Shown one piece after another: positions 56,355-64,000 of a stretch of 64,000 nt of DNA. Numbering within the stretch: the stretch's first letter is position 1; each line of letters begins with the position of its first letter. The stretch is from Vicinamibacterales bacterium (lineage in GTDB: Bacteria > Acidobacteriota > Vicinamibacteria > Vicinamibacterales > UBA8438). The notes beneath the pieces were generated by a model. That model did no database searches. It had not been told where the DNA came from and saw only the letters and a list, made by a program, of their open reading frames with translations. A program made the position numbers and the translations under genes. The DNA is taken from contig CBDBOU010000003.1 of assembly GCA_965208535.1 (NCBI GenBank), positions 282,623 to 346,622 on the forward strand. The letters are read 5' to 3'.

Positions 56355-56527
56355 GAAGCTCCGGAACCGAACGAGATCCCTCGAACGACGCGGCCGCAAG
56401 CGGCCGGGCGTCACGCTCCCATGTTACAGATACCGGGACTGCCGCGATGTCACGGGATACCGTGTGGGACGCGTGCCACTAAAGTCTGCGCCGAGAATAC
56501 GGCGTAGACTTCTGGTCAGGCCCGGTT

Positions 56528-56672
56528 GGGCGGCAATCGGAGCCGCAGGCGACGATTCTCGAGCCAGGAGTCTGCGCCGCAGAACGCAGCGTAGCGGAGT
56601 GCTGCGGCGCAGGGTCATGGAGCGGGGGGGATGGGCCGAAACGCCGAGCCAGCGAGGCGTTTCGGGGCGCTA
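56528..56672 (+). repeat. Two copies of the short GC-rich dispersed repeat plus two hairpins upstream of gene 56683
   Basis: Repeat copies lie at 56528..56560 and 56633..56672. One hairpin is CTGCGCCGCAG (56572..56582) with CTGCGGCGCAG (56602..56612). The other is CCGAAACGCC (56636..56645) with GGCGTTTCGG (56656..56665). Confidence 0.6.
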
Positions 56673-56682
56673 GCCTGCCGGC

Positions 56683-57393
56683 ATGACGGAAGGCGATGGA
56701 GGCGACATGAACGTGCCCGCGACGATGGCGGCGCTCACCGGTGAGAAGGTGCGCTGGAGGTTCGCGGAGCTCGCGACCGAGGCGTTGATGGTCGTGTTTG
56801 CCGTCCTGGTGGCGCTCGGCGTCGAGGAATGGCGGGAGGAACGGCAGCTCCGCGAGTTCGCGGATCGCGTCCGGGCTGCGGTCGACCTGGAGATCCGACA
56901 GAATCTGGACGAGTTTCGCAGCGCCGGCCCGGACCTGATCGCCGGGCGGGACGATTTGGGAAGCACGTTGCAGAAGCTGCGGGCAGCACAGGAAATGAGT
57001 GACCGCGACGAAGAACGCAGCGTCAACTCCAGTTTCAGCGTCGATTTTCCGGACATCTCCACCGCCGCCTGGCGCGTGGCGCAGTCGAGCCAGGCCGCGC
57101 CCTACTTCGACTACGCCTGGGTGATCGAGCGCGCCAGGCAGTACGACGGGTTCGAAACGTACCTGGACATTAGAGACCAGGTGCTCGATGCGATGAGCGC
57201 GTTGTTCATGGGCGAGATGGAGTTCACGGGAGAGAGAGGGCTGGATCAGGCTGTGGTCGCACTTCAGCGTCTCTACGGTCGGCTGGAGATCCTGGTCCAA
57301 CTTCACGAAGGCCTGCAGGAGGACATGGAGGCCTACCTCGGCGAGACGGAGACCGAACAGGAGACCGAGGCGGAACGGGAGTCCGCGCCGTAG
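56683..57393 (+). CDS. Hypothetical membrane-anchored protein with acidic C-terminal tail
   Basis: 236 aa. One TM helix (ALMVVFAVLVALGV) is followed by a helical domain and an ETETEQETEAERE tail. Confidence 0.55.
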   Translation: MTEGDGGDMNVPATMAALTGEKVRWRFAELATEALMVVFAVLVALGVEEWREERQLREFADRVRAAVDLEIRQNLDEFRSAGPDLIAGRDDLGSTLQKLRAAQEMSDRDEERSVNSSFSVDFPDISTAAWRVAQSSQAAPYFDYAWVIERARQYDGFETYLDIRDQVLDAMSALFMGEMEFTGERGLDQAVVALQRLYGRLEILVQLHEGLQEDMEAYLGETETEQETEAERESAP

Positions 57394-57419
57394 ACGTCGT
57401 GGACTCCCGGAGGGTTTTC

Positions 57420-57459
57420 GGGCGGCAAGCGGAGCCAGGCGACGCTCTCCGGGGCGCTA
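57420..57459 (+). repeat. Copy of the short GC-rich dispersed repeat downstream of gene 56683
   Basis: GGGCGGCAAGCGGAGCCAGGCGACGCTCTCCGGGGCGCTA. It looks like the two upstream copies joined without the ~95 nt between them. Confidence 0.55.
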
Positions 57460-57849
57460 CGCAAGCTCGACCCTGGCGCGATGTCCCGCCACTGAAGCCA
57501 GCCCCGAGTCCCGCGTCAGCAGCGGTACGTCGAGCCCCTCGGCGAGCGCCAGATACGCCGCATCGTAGGCTGTCAGGTTGTGCCGAAACCGCCAGATGCG
57601 TTCCAGCAGCGGCTGATGGGGATGTCGCTCGATCTGCACGTATCCGAGGGTCACCAGCGCGGCCTCGCCGCCACGGTCGTCGACGTCGCCGCGGGCGAGG
57701 CAGCGTCGGAGCGCATTCGCGACCTCGAGATCGATAACGTGCGGAGCGTGCAGTGTCTCGCTCCTGTGTAGAAGCCGTGTCCGCATCCTGTTGCCGGTTT
57801 CGGAACGGAGCACGATCTCGACGATGACCGACGCGTCGACAACGATCAC
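57457..57849 (-). CDS. vapC: PIN-domain toxin VapC (TA module 5)
   Basis: Starts VIVVDASVIVEIVL at GTG 57849, which overlaps the antitoxin stop (GTGA). AYDAAYLALAEGLDVPLLTRD is a PIN motif. Confidence 0.8.
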   Translation of the reverse strand: MIVVDASVIVEIVLRSETGNRMRTRLLHRSETLHAPHVIDLEVANALRRCLARGDVDDRGGEAALVTLGYVQIERHPHQPLLERIWRFRHNLTAYDAAYLALAEGLDVPLLTRDSGLASVAGHRARVELA

Positions 57850-58265
57850 CGATTGTCTCGATCCTGCCGGATCAGCTCGGCAGCCGAGACGCTGAGCTTC
57901 ACAGGAGGCTGCTTTTCGATGCGCTCGAACGCGTACCACTGGCGGAGCATCGTCACGATGTAGGCGGGCACCGACAGCCGCTCGCGGGCAGCGCGGGTCT
58001 CGAGCTCCCGGTAGAGCTCGACCGGCACACCACGGAGCAGGACGTCCCGCTCCGCTTCCGGGCTGTCGGATTCGCCCCACGCCGGCGCTGCGTTGCCTTC
58101 CCGCGCGCGGTCCGGCCTGCTTGGCCCGCCGCTCTCGGACTCCTGCAGGTACGCCTGCAACGCCAGGCGCACGATGTCGGACGGCCGCCGCGCGTCGCGC
58201 TTCGCCCGCTCCGCCACGGCGGCGTTCAGCTCCTGAGGCAACCTGACGCTCAACTGGTCGCGCAC
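57846..58265 (-). CDS. Antitoxin with two ribbon-helix-helix-like segments (TA module 5)
   Basis: LSVRLPQELNAAVAERAKRDARRPSDIVRLALQAYL is followed by a second LLRGVPVELYRELETRAARERLSVPAYIVTML segment. GTG 58265 follows GAAGGAGGGAGG, and TACAAT lies at 58296..58291. Confidence 0.75.
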   Translation of the reverse strand: MRDQLSVRLPQELNAAVAERAKRDARRPSDIVRLALQAYLQESESGGPSRPDRAREGNAAPAWGESDSPEAERDVLLRGVPVELYRELETRAARERLSVPAYIVTMLRQWYAFERIEKQPPVKLSVSAAELIRQDRDNR

Positions 58266-58405
58266 CCTGACCCCTCCCTCCTTCAGTCCATTGTAATGCA
58301 ATGTCGTGCAACCGGGGGCGTCATGCCGGACGCCAGGGCTACCCCGCGCCAGCGGCTTCTTCGGTGGCTGTCGGATCCCGCACCTCCGGAGCGCACACGC
58401 GTTCC

Positions 58406-60658
58406 TCAGAAGCGGAACGTGTACTGGAGCTTCGTGGCCAGCCTCGAGTCCTGTCTCCTGAACTGCCTCCTGAAGTTGGAGCCTCGCTCGAGGTCCTGCA
58501 CCCAGCCCTGACCGAATACGAAGAAGACCTCGTTTCCCGGCTCGATGGTCCAGTGCACGCGGCTCTGGAGGCCGAGATTTCCTGACCGGTTGTCGAACTG
58601 GATCAGGTTGGAGAACGAGAGGAAGGGCGAAACCGCGTAGTTGACCTGCGAGCTGTAGATGCGGGCGACGAAGTCGCCTTCCGGCAGGCTGGCGAACGTC
58701 TGGTTGGTATTGAAGCTGATGAGGAAGTTGGGAGGGAGCTTGTAGCTGAGGCCTGTCTGGACCTCCTGCGCGGCGCCCGACCAGTAGCTGCCGAACCGCA
58801 GGCCGATGCTGCCCTGAAGCCGCCGCTTCTGCGCCGAGGTGAAAAAGATCCGCATGGGCATGAAGCGGTACTCGCCCACCGGAAGCACGACTCCCGGGGA
58901 AATCTCGAACGGCTCGAACAGGCGCTCGTAGGTCGGGTTCAGGTCGAACAGGCTGTGCAGCGAGTCCCCGGAGTTGAAGTGCCAGTCGACCAGCGTGGCG
59001 TAGATGTCCCAGCTCTCGACCAGTCCGTTGTCGAGCCGGGTGAAGCGTGTGTAGAAGACGTCGTGAAACATCTGCTGAATGCCGGTCGACGGACTCGGGC
59101 GGGGGTTGAAGCTGCCGGCGACCCGCAGCATCCGGACGTTGCTGCGCTGCACGAAACCGATCGCCGGATCGAAATTCTCCTGAATCTCCCGCCAGAGCAT
59201 CTGGGCCTCGAACCGGTCGTTGGGATAGTGCGCCCCGAAGCCATAGGACGAGTTGTTGTCGGTGACGCCTTCGTTATTGCTCGTCAGGCCGTAGGCGTTG
59301 AACAGCAGGTTCTGGTTGCGGCCCAGGAAGTCGGAAGTGGCCAGGCGCACGTCGACTCCCGCGGTGCTGCTCGAGAGCGCGGAAGCGGGATTACCGCTCG
59401 TGAGAATGGCGCCGACGTACGACTGCTCCAGGAAGTTCTGCTTGACGCGCCCGACCAGCAGGTTGTTGGCGTCCACGTTCGGGATATCGCGGGTGCGCAC
59501 GTCGAGCATGCCGACTTCGGTCCGGCCGACTCTGCCGGTCAGCTTGGCGCCGTAGTCGATCGGCACTTCCTGCCCGCCGAGCAGGCCGATCTTCCGGCTG
59601 AAGAACGGAAAGATCTCGGCGCCGGTACCGGGAATGCCGCCCGGCGGATCGATGCCGGTGGTGGCGAAGTTGAAGACCCCGGCGTCCTGCAGGAAGAACG
59701 TCCGCTTCTCGGGAAAGAAAATGGAGAAGCGCGTGAGATTGATCTGGCGCGCATCGACTTCCGTCTCGCCGAAGTCCGTGTTCGCGGTGACGGACAGCTT
59801 GAGACTCGGCGTGATGTTGTAGAAGACGTCCAGCCCCGGCTTCCCGGCGACCGTGTCGCCGCCGGTGCCCGGACGCGGCCAGAGCCGCGCGATGAAGGGG
59901 CGGACATCGAGGCCGGCGCCTTGCGCCAGGCCTTCGAGATTCGTGATCTCGCCCGCTTCGGAGATCTGGAAGAACTGTGTCTGAAAGCGCGCCCCGGTCC
60001 AGCGGTTCTCCTCCAGCTTGCGTTGAATGGTGCGAGCGATGTTGAAGCCCCATACGGTCTCGCCCGCCGGGAAGCTCAGGGTCTTGAAGGGGATGGCGAA
60101 CTCCGCGCTCCACCCTTCGTCCGTGCGCGCGGTACGCACGATCCAGATGCCGTTCCAGTCGTCGTTCGTCTCGCCGTTCGCGAACACCAGGCCGTCGACC
60201 ATGGCGCCGGCCGGATTGGTCGCGAAGTGGAAGGCGTTGCTCTGGTCGCGGAACGTGTCGAGCACGATGGCCAGCCGGTCGTCGGCGTTCAGGCGCGCGT
60301 CCCGCGCCATCTGCGACGCGAGCACCTGGCCGGGCTCCGAGTCGTGGCACATGACGCCGATGTAGAGGTTCTCCTCGTCGTAGAGCAGCGTGACCTCGGT
60401 CCTCTCCGTGGGCGCGGCGCCGGCCACCGGGATTCGCTGGACCAGATCGCCGATCTTCGGCGCCTGCCGCCACGGCGCCTCGTCGAGCGACCCGTCGATG
60501 ACGATCTCGGAGGCGATCGCCGTTACCACGGCGGATCGGACGGGGTCCGCCGGAGCCGGTTGTGAAGCGGCGGCGCACAAGGCGGGCGCAACGATACCGT
60601 ACGAGGCGCAGATTATCGCCAGCGGACCCACGAGCCGGTGGCGGAATCCTCGCTGCAT
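58406..60658 (-). CDS. Outer-membrane-type protein: CBM9-like N-terminal domain plus DUF5916 beta-barrel
   Basis: Part of ORF 58406..61093. A signal peptide starts at MQRGFRHRLVGPLAIIC. IDGSLDEAPW, WSAEFAIPF and the C-terminal aromatic KLQYTFRF are present. GTG 60631 is the alternative start. Confidence 0.75.
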   Translation of the reverse strand: MQRGFRHRLVGPLAIICASYGIVAPALCAAASQPAPADPVRSAVVTAIASEIVIDGSLDEAPWRQAPKIGDLVQRIPVAGAAPTERTEVTLLYDEENLYIGVMCHDSEPGQVLASQMARDARLNADDRLAIVLDTFRDQSNAFHFATNPAGAMVDGLVFANGETNDDWNGIWIVRTARTDEGWSAEFAIPFKTLSFPAGETVWGFNIARTIQRKLEENRWTGARFQTQFFQISEAGEITNLEGLAQGAGLDVRPFIARLWPRPGTGGDTVAGKPGLDVFYNITPSLKLSVTANTDFGETEVDARQINLTRFSIFFPEKRTFFLQDAGVFNFATTGIDPPGGIPGTGAEIFPFFSRKIGLLGGQEVPIDYGAKLTGRVGRTEVGMLDVRTRDIPNVDANNLLVGRVKQNFLEQSYVGAILTSGNPASALSSSTAGVDVRLATSDFLGRNQNLLFNAYGLTSNNEGVTDNNSSYGFGAHYPNDRFEAQMLWREIQENFDPAIGFVQRSNVRMLRVAGSFNPRPSPSTGIQQMFHDVFYTRFTRLDNGLVESWDIYATLVDWHFNSGDSLHSLFDLNPTYERLFEPFEISPGVVLPVGEYRFMPMRIFFTSAQKRRLQGSIGLRFGSYWSGAAQEVQTGLSYKLPPNFLISFNTNQTFASLPEGDFVARIYSSQVNYAVSPFLSFSNLIQFDNRSGNLGLQSRVHWTIEPGNEVFFVFGQGWVQDLERGSNFRRQFRRQDSRLATKLQYTFRF

Positions 60659-60790
60659 CCGAGCGGCAATGCATCCCGCGTGGACGCCTGCGCTCCCCGG
60701 TCGACCATGCCCGATATGCTTCCGCGTAGCGCCTTGCCACGCGGGCGCCTCGCCGCTCGCGGTGCTACGCGCGGCTTCGCCGCGGACGCT
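60634..60790 (+). mobile_element. Diverged copy (copy 2) of the ~155 bp foldback element
   Basis: GCTGCATCCGAGCGGCAATGCATCCCGCGTGGAC...GCCTTGCCACGCGGGCGCCTCGCCGCTC aligns with copy 1 and contains many substitutions. Confidence 0.6.
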
Positions 60791-60849
60791 TGGTTTCTTC
60801 ATGTCGTGCAATCGGATCGATGGACCGGGTCGCGGCGGAGCATCCGCGG

Positions 60850-62061
60850 CTACCGCCCCGGCGCGGCTTCCATCAGGCGCTCCCAGAAGGCGTCGTTGAA
60901 CGAGGAGCCATCGAGAGAGCCGTCGTCGCCGAGGCGGCTGACGACCAGGTCGAGGCTGGGCACGACGTAGAGCTTGCGATCGCGCGCCCCCTGCGCCGCC
61001 ACCAGGTCGTCCGGTGCGGCCGGAATCAACGTGCCGGCCGTCGTCACCGGCGGAATCGCCCACGACATCGACGATGTCTGTCCGTTGGTCCACCAGAGAA
61101 GGCCGTACGACGGGTTCAGCCCCTGCGAGGGCCGGAGCATCTCGGCGGGGTACTCCGCATCCTCGATGACGGTCTCACCGTCCCAGGTCCCGCCGGCGAG
61201 GACGAGCAGGCCGAAGCGCGCCAGGTCGCGCGCGGTGGTGGCGAAGCCGGTGGCGATGGCGGAGTTGGCCCAGGGGCGCGGCTCCCAGCGCGAGTTGCGC
61301 ATGCCGAGGCGCCCGGTCAGCCACTCCCGCGTCGCCTCGTTGCGGTCGAGGCCGGCCGCCGCCGCCACGATTCGCAGCAGGTGGTGGTACGCGGGCGTGT
61401 TGTAGAGCCACTTCGAGCCCGGCGGCGCGTCGTACTCCAGCGCCGGCGTCAGCCCGGTGGTCATGGCCATCAGGTGCCGGATGGTGACCGCGCGTTCCTG
61501 CGCTTCGGTCGCCTCGGTCCAGCGGCCGGCGTGATCGGTGACCGGATCGTCCAGCGTTAGGAGCCCACGCTCCTGCGCCAGGCCGACCAGGACGGCGACC
61601 ACGCTCTTCTGCACCGACGCGACGTCCTCGACGGCGTGCCCGGCCGCGTTCCGACCGTGGCTGCCGTTGACGTGACCGCGCGACGGCGATTCCAGCGTCC
61701 AGTGCCGCTCGGCCAGGATGCGGCCCCGGTGAAGGATCACCACGCCGGTCGAGTCCCGTTCACCGGCGAGTACGAGGGCGGCATCCAGCCGCTCGGCGTC
61801 CCAGCCGGCGTCCGCCGGGTCGACGGTCTCCCAGGGCTCGTCGACGGGTGGGAAATACAATCGCCGGTCGCTCGCCGGCGGTGAGGCGGACGCGATCTCG
61901 CCGGGCTGCTCCAACGCCGCGGGCTGCTCCAACGCCGCGGGCTGCTCCAACGCCGCGCGCTGCTCCGCCGCCGCGCGTCCCGATCCCGCCTCGGCCCATG
62001 CCGGCAGCAGAGACGCGCAGGTCGCCGCGCCGATCGCGAACACCACTCGTGCTATCGACAT
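60850..62061 (-). CDS. Serine hydrolase of the beta-lactamase/transpeptidase-like family, secreted
   Basis: Starts MSIARVVFAIGAA. The SxxK motif is SVQK. An (AALEQP)3 linker follows the signal peptide. Confidence 0.8.
   Translation of the reverse strand: MSIARVVFAIGAATCASLLPAWAEAGSGRAAAEQRAALEQPAALEQPAALEQPGEIASASPPASDRRLYFPPVDEPWETVDPADAGWDAERLDAALVLAGERDSTGVVILHRGRILAERHWTLESPSRGHVNGSHGRNAAGHAVEDVASVQKSVVAVLVGLAQERGLLTLDDPVTDHAGRWTEATEAQERAVTIRHLMAMTTGLTPALEYDAPPGSKWLYNTPAYHHLLRIVAAAAGLDRNEATREWLTGRLGMRNSRWEPRPWANSAIATGFATTARDLARFGLLVLAGGTWDGETVIEDAEYPAEMLRPSQGLNPSYGLLWWTNGQTSSMSWAIPPVTTAGTLIPAAPDDLVAAQGARDRKLYVVPSLDLVVSRLGDDGSLDGSSFNDAFWERLMEAAPGR
61903..61974 (-). repeat. 18 bp coding tandem repeat (3 perfect units plus 1 degenerate)
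   Basis: GGGCTGCTCCAACGCCGC occurs three times (61903..61956). A degenerate unit, GCGCTGCTCCGCCGCCGC, follows. Confidence 0.9.
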
Positions 62062-62415
62062 GCATTGCCTCCCGTGCACCGCTCACGGTACCACTCGATG
62101 CAGTCGAAGGGCAGGCAAGCGCTGGGGCTGACAGGTTATTCATGATGTGAATGACCATCATTCACGCCGACCACCCGACCGCGTAACGGAGACGCCAGAC
62201 ACCTGCGCGACCTTCGCGCCGAGTACGGGAGAAGGCTCGGGCCGGCCTGCTGCTGCACGGCGGACCGATGCTCGAACGGCTCGGACCGCGGGTGTTGGCG
62301 GCGCGGTAGTGGACGGTGCTGGGACGACCGGGATCTGTCCGCCGAGTGCGGAGCGGCCGAAACAACACGCGGGAACCGACGGAACGGCCGAGACAAACGG
62401 GACACCCGGACCTGA

Positions 62416-63252
62416 ATGCGGCACCACGAGCGGCCGGCCGAGCCGGGCTGGCGTTTCCGCCTGCACACCATCGTCTTCGAAGCCGACACGCCCGGCGGCA
62501 AGCGGTTCGACGTCCTGCTGCTGACCGCCATCGTGACCAGCGTGGCGGCGGTGATGCTCGAGAGCGTGCCGTCGATCCGGGCGCGCCACGGCGCCGTGCT
62601 GCTCGGTGTCGAGTGGGGCTTCACGCTCCTGTTCACGGCCGAGTACGTCGTCCGGCTGGCGAGTGTGCGGTATCCGTCCCGATACGCACTGAGCTTCTTC
62701 GGCGTGGTGGACCTGCTGGCCATCGTGCCGACGTATCTCAGTCTCTTCCTGCCCGGCGGCCAGGCGCTGCTCGTCGTCCGGGTGCTGCGGATGATCCGGG
62801 TCTTCCGGGTGCTCAAGCTCGGCCACTATCTGGCCGGTGGCGAGGAGATCGCGCAGGCGCTGCGCGCGAGCCGCCCGAAGATTGTCGTCTTCCTCGCGTC
62901 GGTCGTCTCGATCGCGGTGGTGATGGGAGCGTTGCTCTATCTGATCGAGGGAGAGGCCAACGGCTTCACGAGCATCCCGCGCGGCGTCTACTGGGCGATC
63001 GTGACGATGACGACGGTCGGCTACGGCGACATCTCGCCCGGCACGGTTCCGGGGCAACTCGTGGCGGCAGTGCTGATGATCGCCGGCTACGCCATCATCG
63101 CCGTGCCGACCGGCATCGTGTCCGTCGCCATTGCCCAGCGTGCGGCCCATCCAGTGTCGACGCAGGCGTGCCTGGCCTGCAGCGCCGAGGGGCACGACGT
63201 CGACGCGGCGTTCTGCAAGTACTGCGGCGAAAGCCTGCATGCTCGACGATAG
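62416..63252 (+). CDS. Voltage-gated-type K+ channel (6TM, S4 sensor, TVGYGD filter) with C-terminal CxxC..CxxC zinc-ribbon tail
   Basis: The S4 segment is RVLRMIRVFRVLK and the filter is TMTTVGYGD. The tail reads CLACSAEGHDVDAAFCKYCGESL. Confidence 0.88.
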   Translation: MRHHERPAEPGWRFRLHTIVFEADTPGGKRFDVLLLTAIVTSVAAVMLESVPSIRARHGAVLLGVEWGFTLLFTAEYVVRLASVRYPSRYALSFFGVVDLLAIVPTYLSLFLPGGQALLVVRVLRMIRVFRVLKLGHYLAGGEEIAQALRASRPKIVVFLASVVSIAVVMGALLYLIEGEANGFTSIPRGVYWAIVTMTTVGYGDISPGTVPGQLVAAVLMIAGYAIIAVPTGIVSVAIAQRAAHPVSTQACLACSAEGHDVDAAFCKYCGESLHARR

Positions 63253-63847
63253 CCGCTGGCCGGGCACCTCGGCCGTCATCGACGAGGCCTGCGGGCTGAC
63301 GGGCGGGTAGCGGCAAGACCAGGAGGGACTCGGCGGCCACTTGCAAAGGGATCCCCTGAGCACTCACGAAACCTTACGCGATCGCAGGCGAGCACTTGTC
63401 GCATCAGGCGATGGTGTCTGTCAATCGTTGCCGGCCGGGCCTTCTTGGCTCCTTGCTGGCAGTTCCATTGCAAAGCAGATGGACAGCGCCAGGCAGCGGC
63501 ACTTCTTGGTCCCATTCGCTACTTGTTGTCATTCCTGATAGTGACAAGAAAGGGCGCAAGGCGGTGTCACGAACACTGTACGGATACCCTGGACCGTTGC
63601 TCTCCCTGAGGGCGGGACGGGTGGGGGCGGGAGCGAGGCTGGAAACCGACGCCGAGGGGCGGGCATCGCGCGCCGCGAGCGTCCCGTGCGATCGAGAAGC
63701 GCCCTCACCTCTGAAGAGTTTCTGAAGACGCCCTGAAGCGACAGGGAACGCGGTTACGTAATGCCCTTGTAGCCTGGTTGCCTCCCCATGGTTGACTCCG
63801 CCTGTCGATACGTTGCCACAAGCGGATCGCACGGCGTGCACCTTAAG

Positions 63848-64000
63848 AGCCCGTGGCAAAAGCCCCGCTGCATTCGAGCGGCGATGCATCCCGCGTGGAC
63901 TGCGTTGCTCCTCGGTCGAATATGCCCAATATGGTCCCTCGTCGCGCCTTGCCACGCGGGCGCCTCGCCGCTCTCGGTGCGACGCGGGGTTTCACCACGG
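63848..64000 (+). mobile_element. ~155 bp foldback element, copy 3 (runs to the window edge)
   Basis: It is 151/153 identical to 50009..50161. Confidence 0.75.

Overview
This is a 64 kb high-GC (about 70%) chromosomal segment. The gene content, with many Tat and lipoprotein signals, PQQ enzymes and Mo enzymes, suggests an aerobic Gram-negative soil bacterium. The phylum cannot be determined from this sequence. I support about 60 protein-coding genes and found no rRNA, tRNA or CRISPR array. Many long ORFs in the track are off-frame or antisense shadows of real genes, which is typical of high-GC DNA.

Core blocks:
- A tightly overlapped his operon on the minus strand (hisI-G-D-B-H-F-A), followed by a methyltransferase and an acyltransferase.
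- Two PhoD-type phosphatases.
- sorAB sulfite dehydrogenase.
- ggt and tkt.
- A redox cluster: a thioredoxin-like DUF255 protein, an OsmC-like protein and a PTP-like protein.
- A group II decarboxylase next to an ACC-deaminase-family enzyme.
- trkAH-sixA, modABC and msrA.
- pgmB plus a GH65 phosphorylase.
- A PQQ alcohol dehydrogenase with a di-heme cytochrome c.
- A GMC oxidoreductase pair.
- A Kv-type K+ channel.

Accessory content:
- Five type II toxin-antitoxin modules.
- A roughly 5.8 kb island (32.2-38.0 kb) of visibly lower GC. It holds a decayed AAA-ATPase locus, an unusual SAM-methyltransferase/HNH-nuclease fusion, a hendecad-repeat membrane protein and a DUF234 ATPase.

Most interesting observations:
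1. An unannotated His-codon leader peptide with terminator and antiterminator upstream of hisI.
2. An OsmC-family gene whose catalytic-Cys codon is an in-frame TGA followed by a SECIS-like hairpin. This makes it a candidate selenoprotein.
3. The methyltransferase-HNH fusion, a candidate single-polypeptide defence or restriction-like protein.
4. A roughly 155 bp foldback (MITE-like) element present three times.
5. Two independent tandem duplications of gene 5' ends (sixA and modB). Each creates an upstream mini-ORF that ends in a GTGA overlap with the true start.
6. Leaderless-type promoters, with a TACAAT-like -10 box exactly 6 nt before the start codon.
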